64,000 bases of DNA. Source: an uncultured Clostridia bacterium. Its GTDB lineage: Bacteria; Bacillota; Clostridia; Christensenellales; UBA3700. Shown here one piece after another: positions 41,036 to 50,354 of this stretch. The translations under genes and the position numbers were made by a program. The notes beneath the pieces are model-generated. The model worked only from the letters and a program-made list of their open reading frames with translations, had not been told where the DNA came from and did no database searches. The DNA is taken from assembly GCA_945872615.1 (NCBI GenBank), contig CAMBZZ010000005.1, positions 10,855-74,854 of the forward strand, written 5' to 3'. The first letter of the stretch is position 1; each line of letters starts with the position of its first letter.

Positions 41036-42127
41036 TTATTTAATATTATTTCTCTCTTTTTTGCTTCTAAGTCTTACGCTGCTACCCAAAGAGTCGCTGA
41101 CGTCGCTTATCGCAACGAATGCTCGCGTGTCGATTGCTCCGACGATTGCCTTGAGTTTGCCCACTTCGAATCTATTGACCACACAATAGATGACGGTTTT
41201 ATCGGTTTGAGAATAGTGCCCTTTGGCTTTCATCACGGTGATACCTCGTCTAAATTCTTTAGACAGCGCGTCGGCGACGTCTTGGCATTTATCCGTGATG
41301 ATAAAGGCGGCTTTAGCCCTATCCAAGCCGTCCACTACGAAGTCGACCGCCTTTAGACCTACGGCATACGATACGATAGAATACAGCGACAACACCCAGT
41401 TGTGCATCAACGCACCCGCCAAAATATAGACGATTGCGTTGTATATCATTACGAAAGTACCCACAGTCAGTCCGATTTTTTTGGCGATAACCACCGCCGC
41501 GACTTCTATTCCGTCGATAGCGCCGCCGCTGCGTATAGTAAGTCCGCTACCTATGCCCGACACTATACCGCCGAAGATTGCGCACAAAATCATCTCGTGT
41601 CCTACCAAAGGCGAGCCACCCTCGAAGTTGATACCGAACACGTATTGATATAGATAAGAAAACAAAGAATATACGCCTATGGCATACAAAGAATAGACGA
41701 CGAATTTTACCCCCATTTTTTTAAATCCAAAGATAAAAAACGGCAAGTTGAGAGCAATCAAAAATACGCTCAGCGGCACTCCCGCAAGCTGCGAAAGCAA
41801 AAACGACGTACCCGATATACCTCCGTCGTATAGGCTGACTGGAGTGAGGAACAAAGTCACTCCCGTAGCGTTGATGATACCGGCTATAGTCAACATCAAA
41901 AAGTTGAAGGGAGAAAACTTGCCAAGGACTTGGCTCAAATTGACCTTTTTTCCTCCGTTTTTGACTTTGGGATTGATATAATGCTTTTTCTCAATAGGCT
42001 TTTTTGACGTCATAGCATTGTTATCGCTCTCCGACTTTGTAGCAATATCGTCGGCGTTGCAGTCTGTGTTTTGTCCAACGTCGACCGTCGTGCAATCTAC
42101 AATTTCCGTCTTATCGTGCTTTTCCAT
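41036..42127 (-). CDS. YitT family membrane protein (DUF161/DUF2179)
   Basis: DGGISG, LNLPFF.FGFK, GGAIDG, AKGHYS, IDTRAFV; start MEKHDK after SD GAGGAGG. Confidence 0.9.
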   Translation of the reverse strand: MEKHDKTEIVDCTTVDVGQNTDCNADDIATKSESDNNAMTSKKPIEKKHYINPKVKNGGKKVNLSQVLGKFSPFNFLMLTIAGIINATGVTLFLTPVSLYDGGISGTSFLLSQLAGVPLSVFLIALNLPFFIFGFKKMGVKFVVYSLYAIGVYSLFSYLYQYVFGINFEGGSPLVGHEMILCAIFGGIVSGIGSGLTIRSGGAIDGIEVAAVVIAKKIGLTVGTFVMIYNAIVYILAGALMHNWVLSLYSIVSYAVGLKAVDFVVDGLDRAKAAFIITDKCQDVADALSKEFRRGITVMKAKGHYSQTDKTVIYCVVNRFEVGKLKAIVGAIDTRAFVAISDVSDSLGSSVRLRSKKERNNIK

Positions 42128-42294
42128 ATTAGCCTCCTCTTCATACGCATTAGCCGTCTCATACAATCTTTATTGACGCCTTGCGAGCAATATGCTCGAA
42201 TTTACAGTCTATCGCATTCGCCGACCGTACGGCATAAGTATTTTACAAATAAGGTGCAACGCCTAAGAGTTGCACCTACAAAATTGTCGAGAGA

Positions 42295-42555
42295 TTATTG
42301 CGAGTCTTCGTTTGATTTTTCCTCGATACTCTCCTCCACGCTGTCGGTGGTCACTTCTATTATTTCTTCGTTGGTATCTAAGCCTGCCTCTCTTGCTTCT
42401 TCCTCTTCAATCACCTTGTCCAATCCCTCGCCCGCTTCGGCAAGAATTTCGTCGGCATTGACGGATTTAGCTTTGAGTTGTTCCAAAACTTGACGATAAT
42501 TCTTTTTGCTGAGCGGATAGAAACACAAAGTAAGCAACATCAAGCCGCTTGACAC
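42295..42555 (-). pseudogene. Probable C-terminal remnant of a GPH/MelB-type MFS transporter
   Basis: Starts with one TM followed by FYPLSKKNYRQVLEQL, typical of the last helix and tail of GPH sugar:cation symporters; no SD, and the upstream sequence is non-coding and AT-rich. Confidence 0.45.
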
Positions 42556-42909
42556 AACAGAAATCCAAGTTGCGATATTGGCGTAATTTTACAATTTTAT
42601 TCCAATATTATTTTAGATATACTAACATAAAGAGACCTTGTAAGTCAATGCCAAATACCGATATTTGGATTTATTTAATACTCATTATTTGTTTCTATTT
42701 TGCCGTGCTCAGTCGCCACGGTCATGCGATGTCTTTTAACTTTACCGATATGTTGGCGTTGCGTGTTTTATCTTCAATTTAGATTTTTACTTAACCTTTT
42801 TTGGCTTACGGTATAGATTTTATCCAAAATTACGCCTAAAATGGTAAAATATATAATCTTTATTTATCAATTCAATAATTATTAAAGTTACTTACAAAAG
42901 TATCGAGCC

Positions 42910-42940
42910 AAAAAAAAGGCTTTGCTCTAAAGCAAAGTCC
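42910..42940 (-). terminator. Intrinsic terminator after coaE
   Basis: GGCTTTGCT/AGCAAAGTCC stem, U8 tail on the minus strand. Confidence 0.7.
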
Positions 42941-42952
42941 CTACTACGATTG

Positions 42953-43522
42953 TTATATACAATTTAATAAACCGAGCAATGTATCTACTTGCTTGTACAA
43001 CTCTGGTTGCGACCCTTGATTGAGTATCGTCCAATCGCTGAGCTTTCGTATAGTCTCGTCACTCGGTTGTGCGGCAATTATCGACTTGGTTCTTTCCAAG
43101 GTATATCCGCTTCTTGCCATTACTCTTCCGATACGAATTTTTTCATCGCAAGTCACGCCGATTACCTTGTCAAAAAAGCCCTCCAATACACTCCCCGCAT
43201 ATACGGATACTTCAACGAAGATATTATCGTATTCGTCGGCATATTTTTCCAGTCTGGCTTTGACTGCACCGTGCACGATAAAATTGAGCGCCTTACGTTT
43301 GTCGTCGTCCCCAAAAATCGCATTGGATAGAGCCTCTTTGTCCTCCACTACTCTCTCGCTCACTCCGATAGCCTCGGCAATTTTCGCTTTGACTGCCTTC
43401 TCGCTCATCACGTCTTTGGCTATGACGTCACAGTCAAGGACGACCTTTCCCTTGCTTGCGATATAGCGAGCCACGGTAGATTTTCCGCTGCCTATATTGC
43501 CTATTATAGCAATCTTCATCAC
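42953..43522 (-). CDS. coaE: Dephospho-CoA kinase
   Basis: GNIGSGKST Walker A, LDCD; coupled to polA. Confidence 0.93.
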   Translation of the reverse strand: MMKIAIIGNIGSGKSTVARYIASKGKVVLDCDVIAKDVMSEKAVKAKIAEAIGVSERVVEDKEALSNAIFGDDDKRKALNFIVHGAVKARLEKYADEYDNIFVEVSVYAGSVLEGFFDKVIGVTCDEKIRIGRVMARSGYTLERTKSIIAAQPSDETIRKLSDWTILNQGSQPELYKQVDTLLGLLNCI

Positions 43523-46071
43523 TTAGCCTCCAACCAATTCTCGCCCACGCCGACTTCTGCTTCGAGTTTGACGCTAAGTTTGCATACGTTTTCCATACAC
43601 TCTTTCATCAATTTTTGCACCTTTTCTACTTCGTTTAGCGGAGTATCGACTATAAGTTCGTCGTGCACTTGCATTATGAGTTTTGCCCTAAGCCCCTCTT
43701 TTTTAAGAGCCTCGTACACCCTCAACATGGCTATTTTGATTATATCGCTCGCGCTGCCTTGCAACGGCATATTCATAGCGATACGCTCGCCGAAACTTCT
43801 GATATTGTGATTGCTTGCCGACAGCTCGGGTATATCTCTTCTTCTGCCGTACATGGTAGTGATATATCCGTCCCTACTTGCGTTGCTCACACAGTCCTCG
43901 GTATATTTTTTGACTTTCGGATATTTCTCGAAGTATTTGTTGATAAAGTCCCTCGCCTTCCATACGGGTATGGACAGGTCGTTGGATAGCCCGAAGTCAC
44001 TAATGCCGTAGATAATACCGAAGTTGACGGCTTTGGCTTGTCTACGCATATCGGGGTCCACCTTGCTAAGAGGCACTCCCATCACTTGCGACGCCGTCGT
44101 TGCATGTATATCCACGCCGTTGTTGAAGGCGTCTATCATAGTCTTATCGCCGCTTAGGTGCGCCATCAATCGCAATTCTATTTGCGAATAATCGGCGCAT
44201 ACGAGAGCATTGCCCTCTCCCGCGATATACATCTTCCTTATTTGTTTGCCCTCGGGTCGTCTTACCGGGATATTTTGCAGGTTAGGCTCGGTGGACGACA
44301 GTCTGCCCGTAGCCGTCACGGTTTGCTTAAATACCGTATGCACGTACCCCTTCGAATCGATGAGCGGAATAAGCCCGTCCAGATAGGTGGACTTGAGTTT
44401 AGTCAGTTCTCTATATCGCAAAATAAGCGGAATGATCGGGTGCGCGTTCCTCAAACCTTCGAGCACTTCGCTGTTGGTAGAATATCCCGTCTTAGTCTTC
44501 TTTCCTCCCTTCAGTCCCAGGTCTTCGAAGAGCACGCTTGCAAGTTGTTTGGTCGAGTTGATATTAAAGGACTTGCCCGCAAGCGAGATTATCTGACTGC
44601 TCAACTCGTCTATTTCTTCGCCAAACTTTTGATTGAGCCTGTCAAGTACCTTTCTATCCACCCTAAAGCCCTGCTCCTCCATATCGAACAGCACTTCTAC
44701 AAGCGGCAACTCTATTTCCTTATAAAGTTTATCCAACCCCTTTTGCTTCATTTCCTCGTCAAGTAAGCCGTTGAGGGCAAAAATATCCTCGCTTTCCACG
44801 CTCTTTTTGGCAAGGTACGCGTCGGACAATTCGGACAAGTTTTTGTAGTTCTTGATAGCGTTGCAAAGGTAGGCTTTGAGCAAAACGTCGTCGTAATTTT
44901 TTAAGCCGACGCCCTCGTAAGCAAGTGCGTGCATTACGCTCTTGGCGTCAAATAGCAGCTTTTTGATTTCTTCGTCCTCGAGATAAGGCTTGATATGTTC
45001 CAAAAGCTGTCCGTACCCCAGTCCTTCTCCCAAAAGATTGTCGCATACGACTATTTTGTAGGCTCTATGCTCCGAGGCGCTCAGCGAAACTTCCTCGGCA
45101 AGGCTTAGAGCCATGGTCTTATATTTTTTGACGTCGTCAAGTGCGGTTTGCAAGCCTTGCTCGTCGGTGATTTCCACCACTTCGCACTCGACTGTTTTTA
45201 CGTCTTCCGTCTTATTTTCTTCGATTGTATTTTGATCTATTTTGGTTATCAGTTTAAAAAATTCCAGCTCTCTAAACTTTTCCTTGACCTTTTCGCCCCA
45301 CGGCTCAACGATAGCATTGTCAAGGTCGAATTCTATCGGCACGTTGACGTCGATTGTTGCTAGTTTGTACGACAGATACGCCATATCCTTACCGGTTTCC
45401 AATTTTTCTTTTAGTTTGCCCTTTATCTCGTCTATATGTTCGTACACACCGTCCAGCGTGCCGTATTTGGATAGCAAATCTTTGGCAGTTTTTTCGCCCA
45501 CTCCCGCAACTCCGGGGATATTGTCGGAGCTATCTCCCATCAGCGACTTGAGGTCGATAATCTGAGACGGTACTAGCCCTTCTTGCGCCAAAGCCGCCTC
45601 GTCGTAGGTAGCAATCTCCGTTATCCCCTTTTTGGTGAGCAAAACGGTCGTAGTGTCGTCAATGAGTTGCAAACTATCCCTATCTCCCGTCACGATATAG
45701 GTTGGCACGCCGTAGCGCTTGGCAAAAGTACCTATAATATCGTCCGCCTCGTAACCGTCTAGAGCAACGACGGGGATATTCATCGCCGCCAACACTTCTT
45801 TCATAGGTTCCATTTGCTTGGCAAGGTCCTCGGGCATACCCTTACGGTTGGCTTTGTATTCCTCGTACATAGTTTTTCGGAAGGTAGGTGCTTTTTGGTC
45901 GAATACGGCAACGATATGCGTCGGTTGATACTGCTCGATGATTTTCATGAGCATATTGACGTAGCCAAAAATTCCGCCCGTAGGCTGTCCCGCCTTGTTA
46001 CTGAGATAAGGCAAAGCATAGTATGCGCGATTGATAAGGCTGTTGGAATCCAACAAAACGAGTTTGGTCAT
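43519..46071 (-). CDS. polA: DNA polymerase I
   Basis: 5'-3' exonuclease (LLDSNSLINRAYYA, YEADD, GDSSDNIPGV) and polymerase (TGRLSSTEPNLQNIP, DYSQIELR, QVHDEL); start moved to MTKLV. Confidence 0.99.
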   Translation of the reverse strand: MTKLVLLDSNSLINRAYYALPYLSNKAGQPTGGIFGYVNMLMKIIEQYQPTHIVAVFDQKAPTFRKTMYEEYKANRKGMPEDLAKQMEPMKEVLAAMNIPVVALDGYEADDIIGTFAKRYGVPTYIVTGDRDSLQLIDDTTTVLLTKKGITEIATYDEAALAQEGLVPSQIIDLKSLMGDSSDNIPGVAGVGEKTAKDLLSKYGTLDGVYEHIDEIKGKLKEKLETGKDMAYLSYKLATIDVNVPIEFDLDNAIVEPWGEKVKEKFRELEFFKLITKIDQNTIEENKTEDVKTVECEVVEITDEQGLQTALDDVKKYKTMALSLAEEVSLSASEHRAYKIVVCDNLLGEGLGYGQLLEHIKPYLEDEEIKKLLFDAKSVMHALAYEGVGLKNYDDVLLKAYLCNAIKNYKNLSELSDAYLAKKSVESEDIFALNGLLDEEMKQKGLDKLYKEIELPLVEVLFDMEEQGFRVDRKVLDRLNQKFGEEIDELSSQIISLAGKSFNINSTKQLASVLFEDLGLKGGKKTKTGYSTNSEVLEGLRNAHPIIPLILRYRELTKLKSTYLDGLIPLIDSKGYVHTVFKQTVTATGRLSSTEPNLQNIPVRRPEGKQIRKMYIAGEGNALVCADYSQIELRLMAHLSGDKTMIDAFNNGVDIHATTASQVMGVPLSKVDPDMRRQAKAVNFGIIYGISDFGLSNDLSIPVWKARDFINKYFEKYPKVKKYTEDCVSNASRDGYITTMYGRRRDIPELSASNHNIRSFGERIAMNMPLQGSASDIIKIAMLRVYEALKKEGLRAKLIMQVHDELIVDTPLNEVEKVQKLMKECMENVCKLSVKLEAEVGVGENWLEAK

Positions 46072-46311
46072 AATTCTCTCTGTGCCACACGATTGTTTGG
46101 TAGCGAGTATGGCTAATGTGATGATAATAATTATATTATATATGATTATTGCCGAGATGTCCATTTTTATTTTTAATTTATGGGCGGATATATTTGACTT
46201 TTGCGCCCATATTTTGTTATAAAATAAATGTAGACCTATAGACAATCACTAAGACTTGCTACTTGCAAGTGATATTCATTCGGTGCTATCAGCCGAATTT
46301 TGAGGAAAAAT

Positions 46312-48018
46312 ATGAATGCTATTGACATTTTAGAATGCGTCTTGATGATGCTTGCGGGCTTGGGCGTTTTTCTCATAGGTATCAAAGCCATGGGCGACAA
46401 TCTCGAAGCCGTCGCAGGCAATTCTTTGAAATCTATTTTCAACAAAATCAGCAACAATAGATTTACGGGCGTAGTGGTAGGCGCGGGCGTGACGGCAATT
46501 ATCCAGAGTTCTTCCGCCACCACGGTTATGGTAGTGGGCTTCGTCAATGCGGGCGTAATGACGCTTACCCAAGCCACTTCTATCATAATGGGCGCCAACA
46601 TAGGTACCACTATCACCGCCCAAATAGTTTCGCTCCAATCCTTGCCAATCACGGCGTTTTTTGCTGCTATGGCGTGCGTGGGCGCCTTTATGCAGACCTC
46701 CAAAAAGTTGCACGTGCGCAACGTTGGCTCAATCATTGCCGGCATAGGCGTACTCTTCGTAGGTCTCGACGTAATGAGCGGCGCAATGAAACAAATTGCC
46801 GAAATCGAAGCCGTGCGCAACGTACTCAACGCCACCACCAATCCTCTTTTGTTGTTGCTCCTCGGCGCGGTAATCACGGCGGTAATCCAAAGTTCTTCCG
46901 TCACCACCTCCATCATCATCAGCATGGGTATCAGCGGACTTATCGGTCTCGAGAGCGCAATCTACACCACACTCGGTATCAATATCGGCACATGTATCAC
47001 GGCGGTGCTCGCTTGCATCGGCTCAACCGTCAACGCCAAGCGCACCTCGATTATTCACTTGCTTTTCAACTGTATCGGCTCCTTCTTCTTCTTTATAGTG
47101 TTCTTGATTTTGGACAAATTTACCAACTTCTTCACTTGGATGTCGGGCACTTTCAACGGCTCTATCGCCAACCAAATAGCTATGTTCCACACGGCGTTCA
47201 ACGTTATCACCACGTTGTTGCTACTGCCTTTCGTCAAGGTATTGCCTAAGCTTGCTACCCTCATCATACCTGACAAAAAGTCGAGCGCGGACGACCAAAA
47301 GGACATCATCGAGACGGAGAAATTCCAATTTATCGACAACAGACTGCTCTCCACGCCTTCCATTGCGTTGGTGATGATACGCAAGGAGATTTTGGCAATG
47401 GCAGGTCTCGCCAAAGACAACCTCGATCTCTCCATCCAAGCCGTCAAAAACAAAGACTTGTCCCAAAAAGAATTGTTTGACACTAGAGAAAAACGTATCG
47501 ACTTCCTCAACAAGGCAATCACCAAATACACTATCAAGGTATCCAGCGAGCACATCTCCTACATCAGCGAAAAGGAGAGCGCGTCCTACTACTACGTTGT
47601 GTCCAATATCGAGCGTGTGGGCGACTATGCGCAAAATATCATGGAATACACCCAAGAGCTCATCGACTACAACGCCGAGTTCTCCGACACTGCTAAGAAA
47701 GAAATCGAAGATATGAAGATTGCTATCGACAACCTCTACGACGCCGTCGTATCGGCATTCGAGAGACAAGACATCACCCAAGAACAGACAATCAAAGACC
47801 TCGAAGAAATCGTCGACGACTATAAGGCTAGTCTCGAACGCTCCCACCTCATTCGTCTCGGCAACGGTCAATGTAGCGCCGAGTCGGCTAGCGTCTTCCT
47901 TTCCCTCGTCAGCAACATGGAGCGTATCGCCGACCATATTCTCAATGTCTTCAAGAGCATGAAGCAATACACTCAAGTCACCAAAACCACTCACGTACTC
48001 GCTTCTCCAAAGGCGTAA
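46312..48018 (+). CDS. Na/Pi cotransporter (NptA/YjbB) with PhoU domains
   Basis: Two QSSS repeats, GANIGTT/GINIGT, C-terminal ERVGDYAQNI and ERIADH PhoU-like motifs. Confidence 0.95.
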   Translation: MNAIDILECVLMMLAGLGVFLIGIKAMGDNLEAVAGNSLKSIFNKISNNRFTGVVVGAGVTAIIQSSSATTVMVVGFVNAGVMTLTQATSIIMGANIGTTITAQIVSLQSLPITAFFAAMACVGAFMQTSKKLHVRNVGSIIAGIGVLFVGLDVMSGAMKQIAEIEAVRNVLNATTNPLLLLLLGAVITAVIQSSSVTTSIIISMGISGLIGLESAIYTTLGINIGTCITAVLACIGSTVNAKRTSIIHLLFNCIGSFFFFIVFLILDKFTNFFTWMSGTFNGSIANQIAMFHTAFNVITTLLLLPFVKVLPKLATLIIPDKKSSADDQKDIIETEKFQFIDNRLLSTPSIALVMIRKEILAMAGLAKDNLDLSIQAVKNKDLSQKELFDTREKRIDFLNKAITKYTIKVSSEHISYISEKESASYYYVVSNIERVGDYAQNIMEYTQELIDYNAEFSDTAKKEIEDMKIAIDNLYDAVVSAFERQDITQEQTIKDLEEIVDDYKASLERSHLIRLGNGQCSAESASVFLSLVSNMERIADHILNVFKSMKQYTQVTKTTHVLASPKA

Positions 48019-48046
48019 ATTAAATCTAAATCAATACTTCAAATGC

Positions 48047-48120
48047 AATAGCCACAGCCATACAAGGTTGTGGCTATTATTAATACAAACGAAAAAGTGA
48101 GGCACGCGCCTCACTTTTTC
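48047..48120. terminator. Two hairpins between convergent Na/Pi and YqeY genes
   Basis: AATAGCCACA..TGTGGCTATT (48047-48079) and AAAAAGTGAGGC..GCCTCACTTTTT (48092-48119). Confidence 0.75.
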
Positions 48121-48134
48121 GTTTACATCCGCTT

Positions 48135-48557
48135 TTACAGAGTTTTGAGTATCTCGCCCACTCTCTTCATATCGCACTTGCCGTTGAAGTTGGACTTAAA
48201 GTACTTCATCACGTTGCCTATAGACTTGTCGTCGAGTTTTTCGATTTCGGCTTTGATTTCTTCATCGCTCATCATCTTTGGCAGATATTGCGACACGGTA
48301 GCTATTTGCACGTCGAGGCTTGCCACCGATTCGGCTCTTCCGCCCTTTTCGTAGCCCAGTCTTTCCTCTTGCAATTCCTTCTCCACCTTTTGCAAAACGA
48401 CTATAATATCGCCTTCGGTCAGCTCTTTGCCCTTACTTCTCGCCTCGATTGTCTGCAACATAATCTTGCTGATTACGGCGTCGTAAGCGTTCATCGCGTC
48501 TCTATTTTTCTCTTTCATTGCTTGCATTTTTGCTTTCTTAAAAAAGTTTATATCCAT
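48135..48557 (-). CDS. GatB/YqeY domain protein
   Basis: AMKEK, YEKGGR, YLPKMMSDEEI, GNVMK, CDMKRV. Confidence 0.88.
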   Translation of the reverse strand: MDINFFKKAKMQAMKEKNRDAMNAYDAVISKIMLQTIEARSKGKELTEGDIIVVLQKVEKELQEERLGYEKGGRAESVASLDVQIATVSQYLPKMMSDEEIKAEIEKLDDKSIGNVMKYFKSNFNGKCDMKRVGEILKTL

Positions 48558-48601
48558 ACTATCCTCCTGTACGTTTTTATTTTATCATAAATTTAGCGTT
48601 T

Positions 48602-48913
48602 TTAACAACAAAATTTCATAATCAATTCCACCACGAAGACCGCCGCCGTAGAGATGAGTGCAACGGGCAACAGCCCAAGCTTGCGCCAAGACGCCAATAT
48701 CGCCGCAACGAAGCCCACCAACGCGCTCCATATCGATGACGTGCAATACAATACGGCGGGGAAAATCATCGCCGACAAAATACCGTACGGCATATAGTTG
48801 AGCACCGATTTGACAAAGGTATTTTTGATTTTACCCCTAAATATCACAAAAGGTAACACCCTAGGCAAGTAGGATACGAGGGCTACTACGGCAATCATTA
48901 TCAGTAGTTTCAT
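48602..48913 (-). CDS. azlD: AzlD family branched-chain amino acid exporter subunit
   Basis: YLPRVLPF, YMPYGILSAM; coupled to azlC. Confidence 0.85.
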   Translation of the reverse strand: MKLLIMIAVVALVSYLPRVLPFVIFRGKIKNTFVKSVLNYMPYGILSAMIFPAVLYCTSSIWSALVGFVAAILASWRKLGLLPVALISTAAVFVVELIMKFCC

Positions 48914-49791
48914 ACCTCGCCCCCTATGCTATCCGCCTCGTCTTTTGCCAAGTCGACAGCCTTTTGCTCGTCGCTAATTTCTATACCGTCCTCGCCACTC
49001 TCAACGCCGACGTCAATAATCGAATTATCCTCAACGACCCGCTCACTCGTTTGTTCGTCTTTACTCTCTTGCTCGCCGTCATTATTTTGCTCGTCCTTGA
49101 TAGGCGCAACTATAGCCATAATCATCGCCGACACACCGCCCGCGATGACGTACACCCAACCGCTAGAGAGCTTGTTGAGATAAGGCGTCCAATAGAAAAT
49201 ACAGCTAATCGCCACGGCAATACCAACCACTCCGAGCACGGCTTTATTCTCTCTACAAGTCGGCGTGACTATAGCCACGAACATTGCGTAAATCATAATG
49301 CCTAGAGCCGAATAAAGCAATACGGGTATCACGTTTTGAAGAAGCGCGCCAATAGCCGTACCTCCGACCCAGCCCACGTAAGAGGCGGTCGTCACACCTA
49401 TGCAGTAACCAAAAGTAAGCCTACCTTTGGTAGAATATATGACGGCAAAGTTTTCGTCCGTCATACCGAAAGCAATGACCAATCGCTGCCCCATTCCAAT
49501 ATCGCTCGGCAATTTTTGCGCCACCGACAAAGACATCAAAAAGTAACGTAGATTTATCATCAAGACGGTAAATGCAATCTCTGCAATACCCGCGCCCACG
49601 CTCCATAGATTGACCGCAGCAAACTGCCCCGTGCCCGTAAAGTTGGTGAGGGATATGAGTATAGGCGCCCACTTGGCGAGCCCGCTCTGCACGGCAGTCA
49701 AACCAAAGGCAATTGATACGCTGAGGTATCCAAGTCCTACGGGCAGTCCCATCTTTATTCCGTCTTTTATCGTCAGTCTTTTTTCCGTCAT
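48910..49791 (-). CDS. azlC: AzlC family branched-chain amino acid exporter permease
   Basis: PVGLGYLSVSIAFG, FTGTGQF, INLRY, TDENFA. Confidence 0.9.
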   Translation of the reverse strand: MTEKRLTIKDGIKMGLPVGLGYLSVSIAFGLTAVQSGLAKWAPILISLTNFTGTGQFAAVNLWSVGAGIAEIAFTVLMINLRYFLMSLSVAQKLPSDIGMGQRLVIAFGMTDENFAVIYSTKGRLTFGYCIGVTTASYVGWVGGTAIGALLQNVIPVLLYSALGIMIYAMFVAIVTPTCRENKAVLGVVGIAVAISCIFYWTPYLNKLSSGWVYVIAGGVSAMIMAIVAPIKDEQNNDGEQESKDEQTSERVVEDNSIIDVGVESGEDGIEISDEQKAVDLAKDEADSIGGEV

Positions 49792-49889
49792 TTGTCCACA
49801 AAATATCGCCGCATTATTTTAGCAGCGATATTATAATACTTTTATCTTCATAAAGCAAACGAAAACCGTCCCTACACCGCTAAAATGCC

Positions 49890-50354
49890 CCACTACGTGA
49901 CCGAACGCACCCACAAACTCGACACAGTATTGCGACGCATATCCGCTACCGCACCCTTTTGACTGCGTAGATACGAGTTAGGCGAGGAGAACGAGGATTG
50001 GGCGACAGGAGCGTACTATATTGCGTACGTGACTGAGCACAACCGCAAACTCATTAAGCATAACGACGTAGATATGCCGCGAGAGCGACACAGTATTGCG
50101 ACACATATACCAAGTAGCATTGATTATATTTTGACGGCATAGGTGCAAGTAAGACAAGGAAAAAGGCAACTTTATCGAAGCGAGCGTACTTGCTCCAATG
50201 CGAAATTAGTTGCTTACTCTTAATACTCTCGCGGTGGAGATGCGAGCAAGACAAGGAGAGTGAGGACGGCGTGAGGGAGCATACTAATTCGTATGTGACC
50301 GAACGCACCCACAAACTCGATGCAGTATTGCGACGCATATCCGCCGCGAGAGCG
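49890..50354. repeat. Cluster of degenerate REP/MITE-like long-hairpin repeats
   Basis: 50-bp direct repeat at 49897-49946 and 50295-50344 (2 mismatches); related units AGATRCGAG..AGGAGA..GGAGCRTAC..GTAYGTGAC at about 49970-50052 and 50238-50338; partial copies at 50072-50108 and 50141-50190. Confidence 0.75.

Noticed and set aside
42184-42198. Palindrome CGAGCAATATGCTCG as a LexA (Cheo) box
   Set aside because: It does not match GAAC-N4-GTTC in sequence or spacing; no SOS box was seen at ruvA either.
49890-50354. Possible CRISPR array
   Set aside because: The repeats are few, long, degenerate and irregularly spaced, and no cas genes are in the window.
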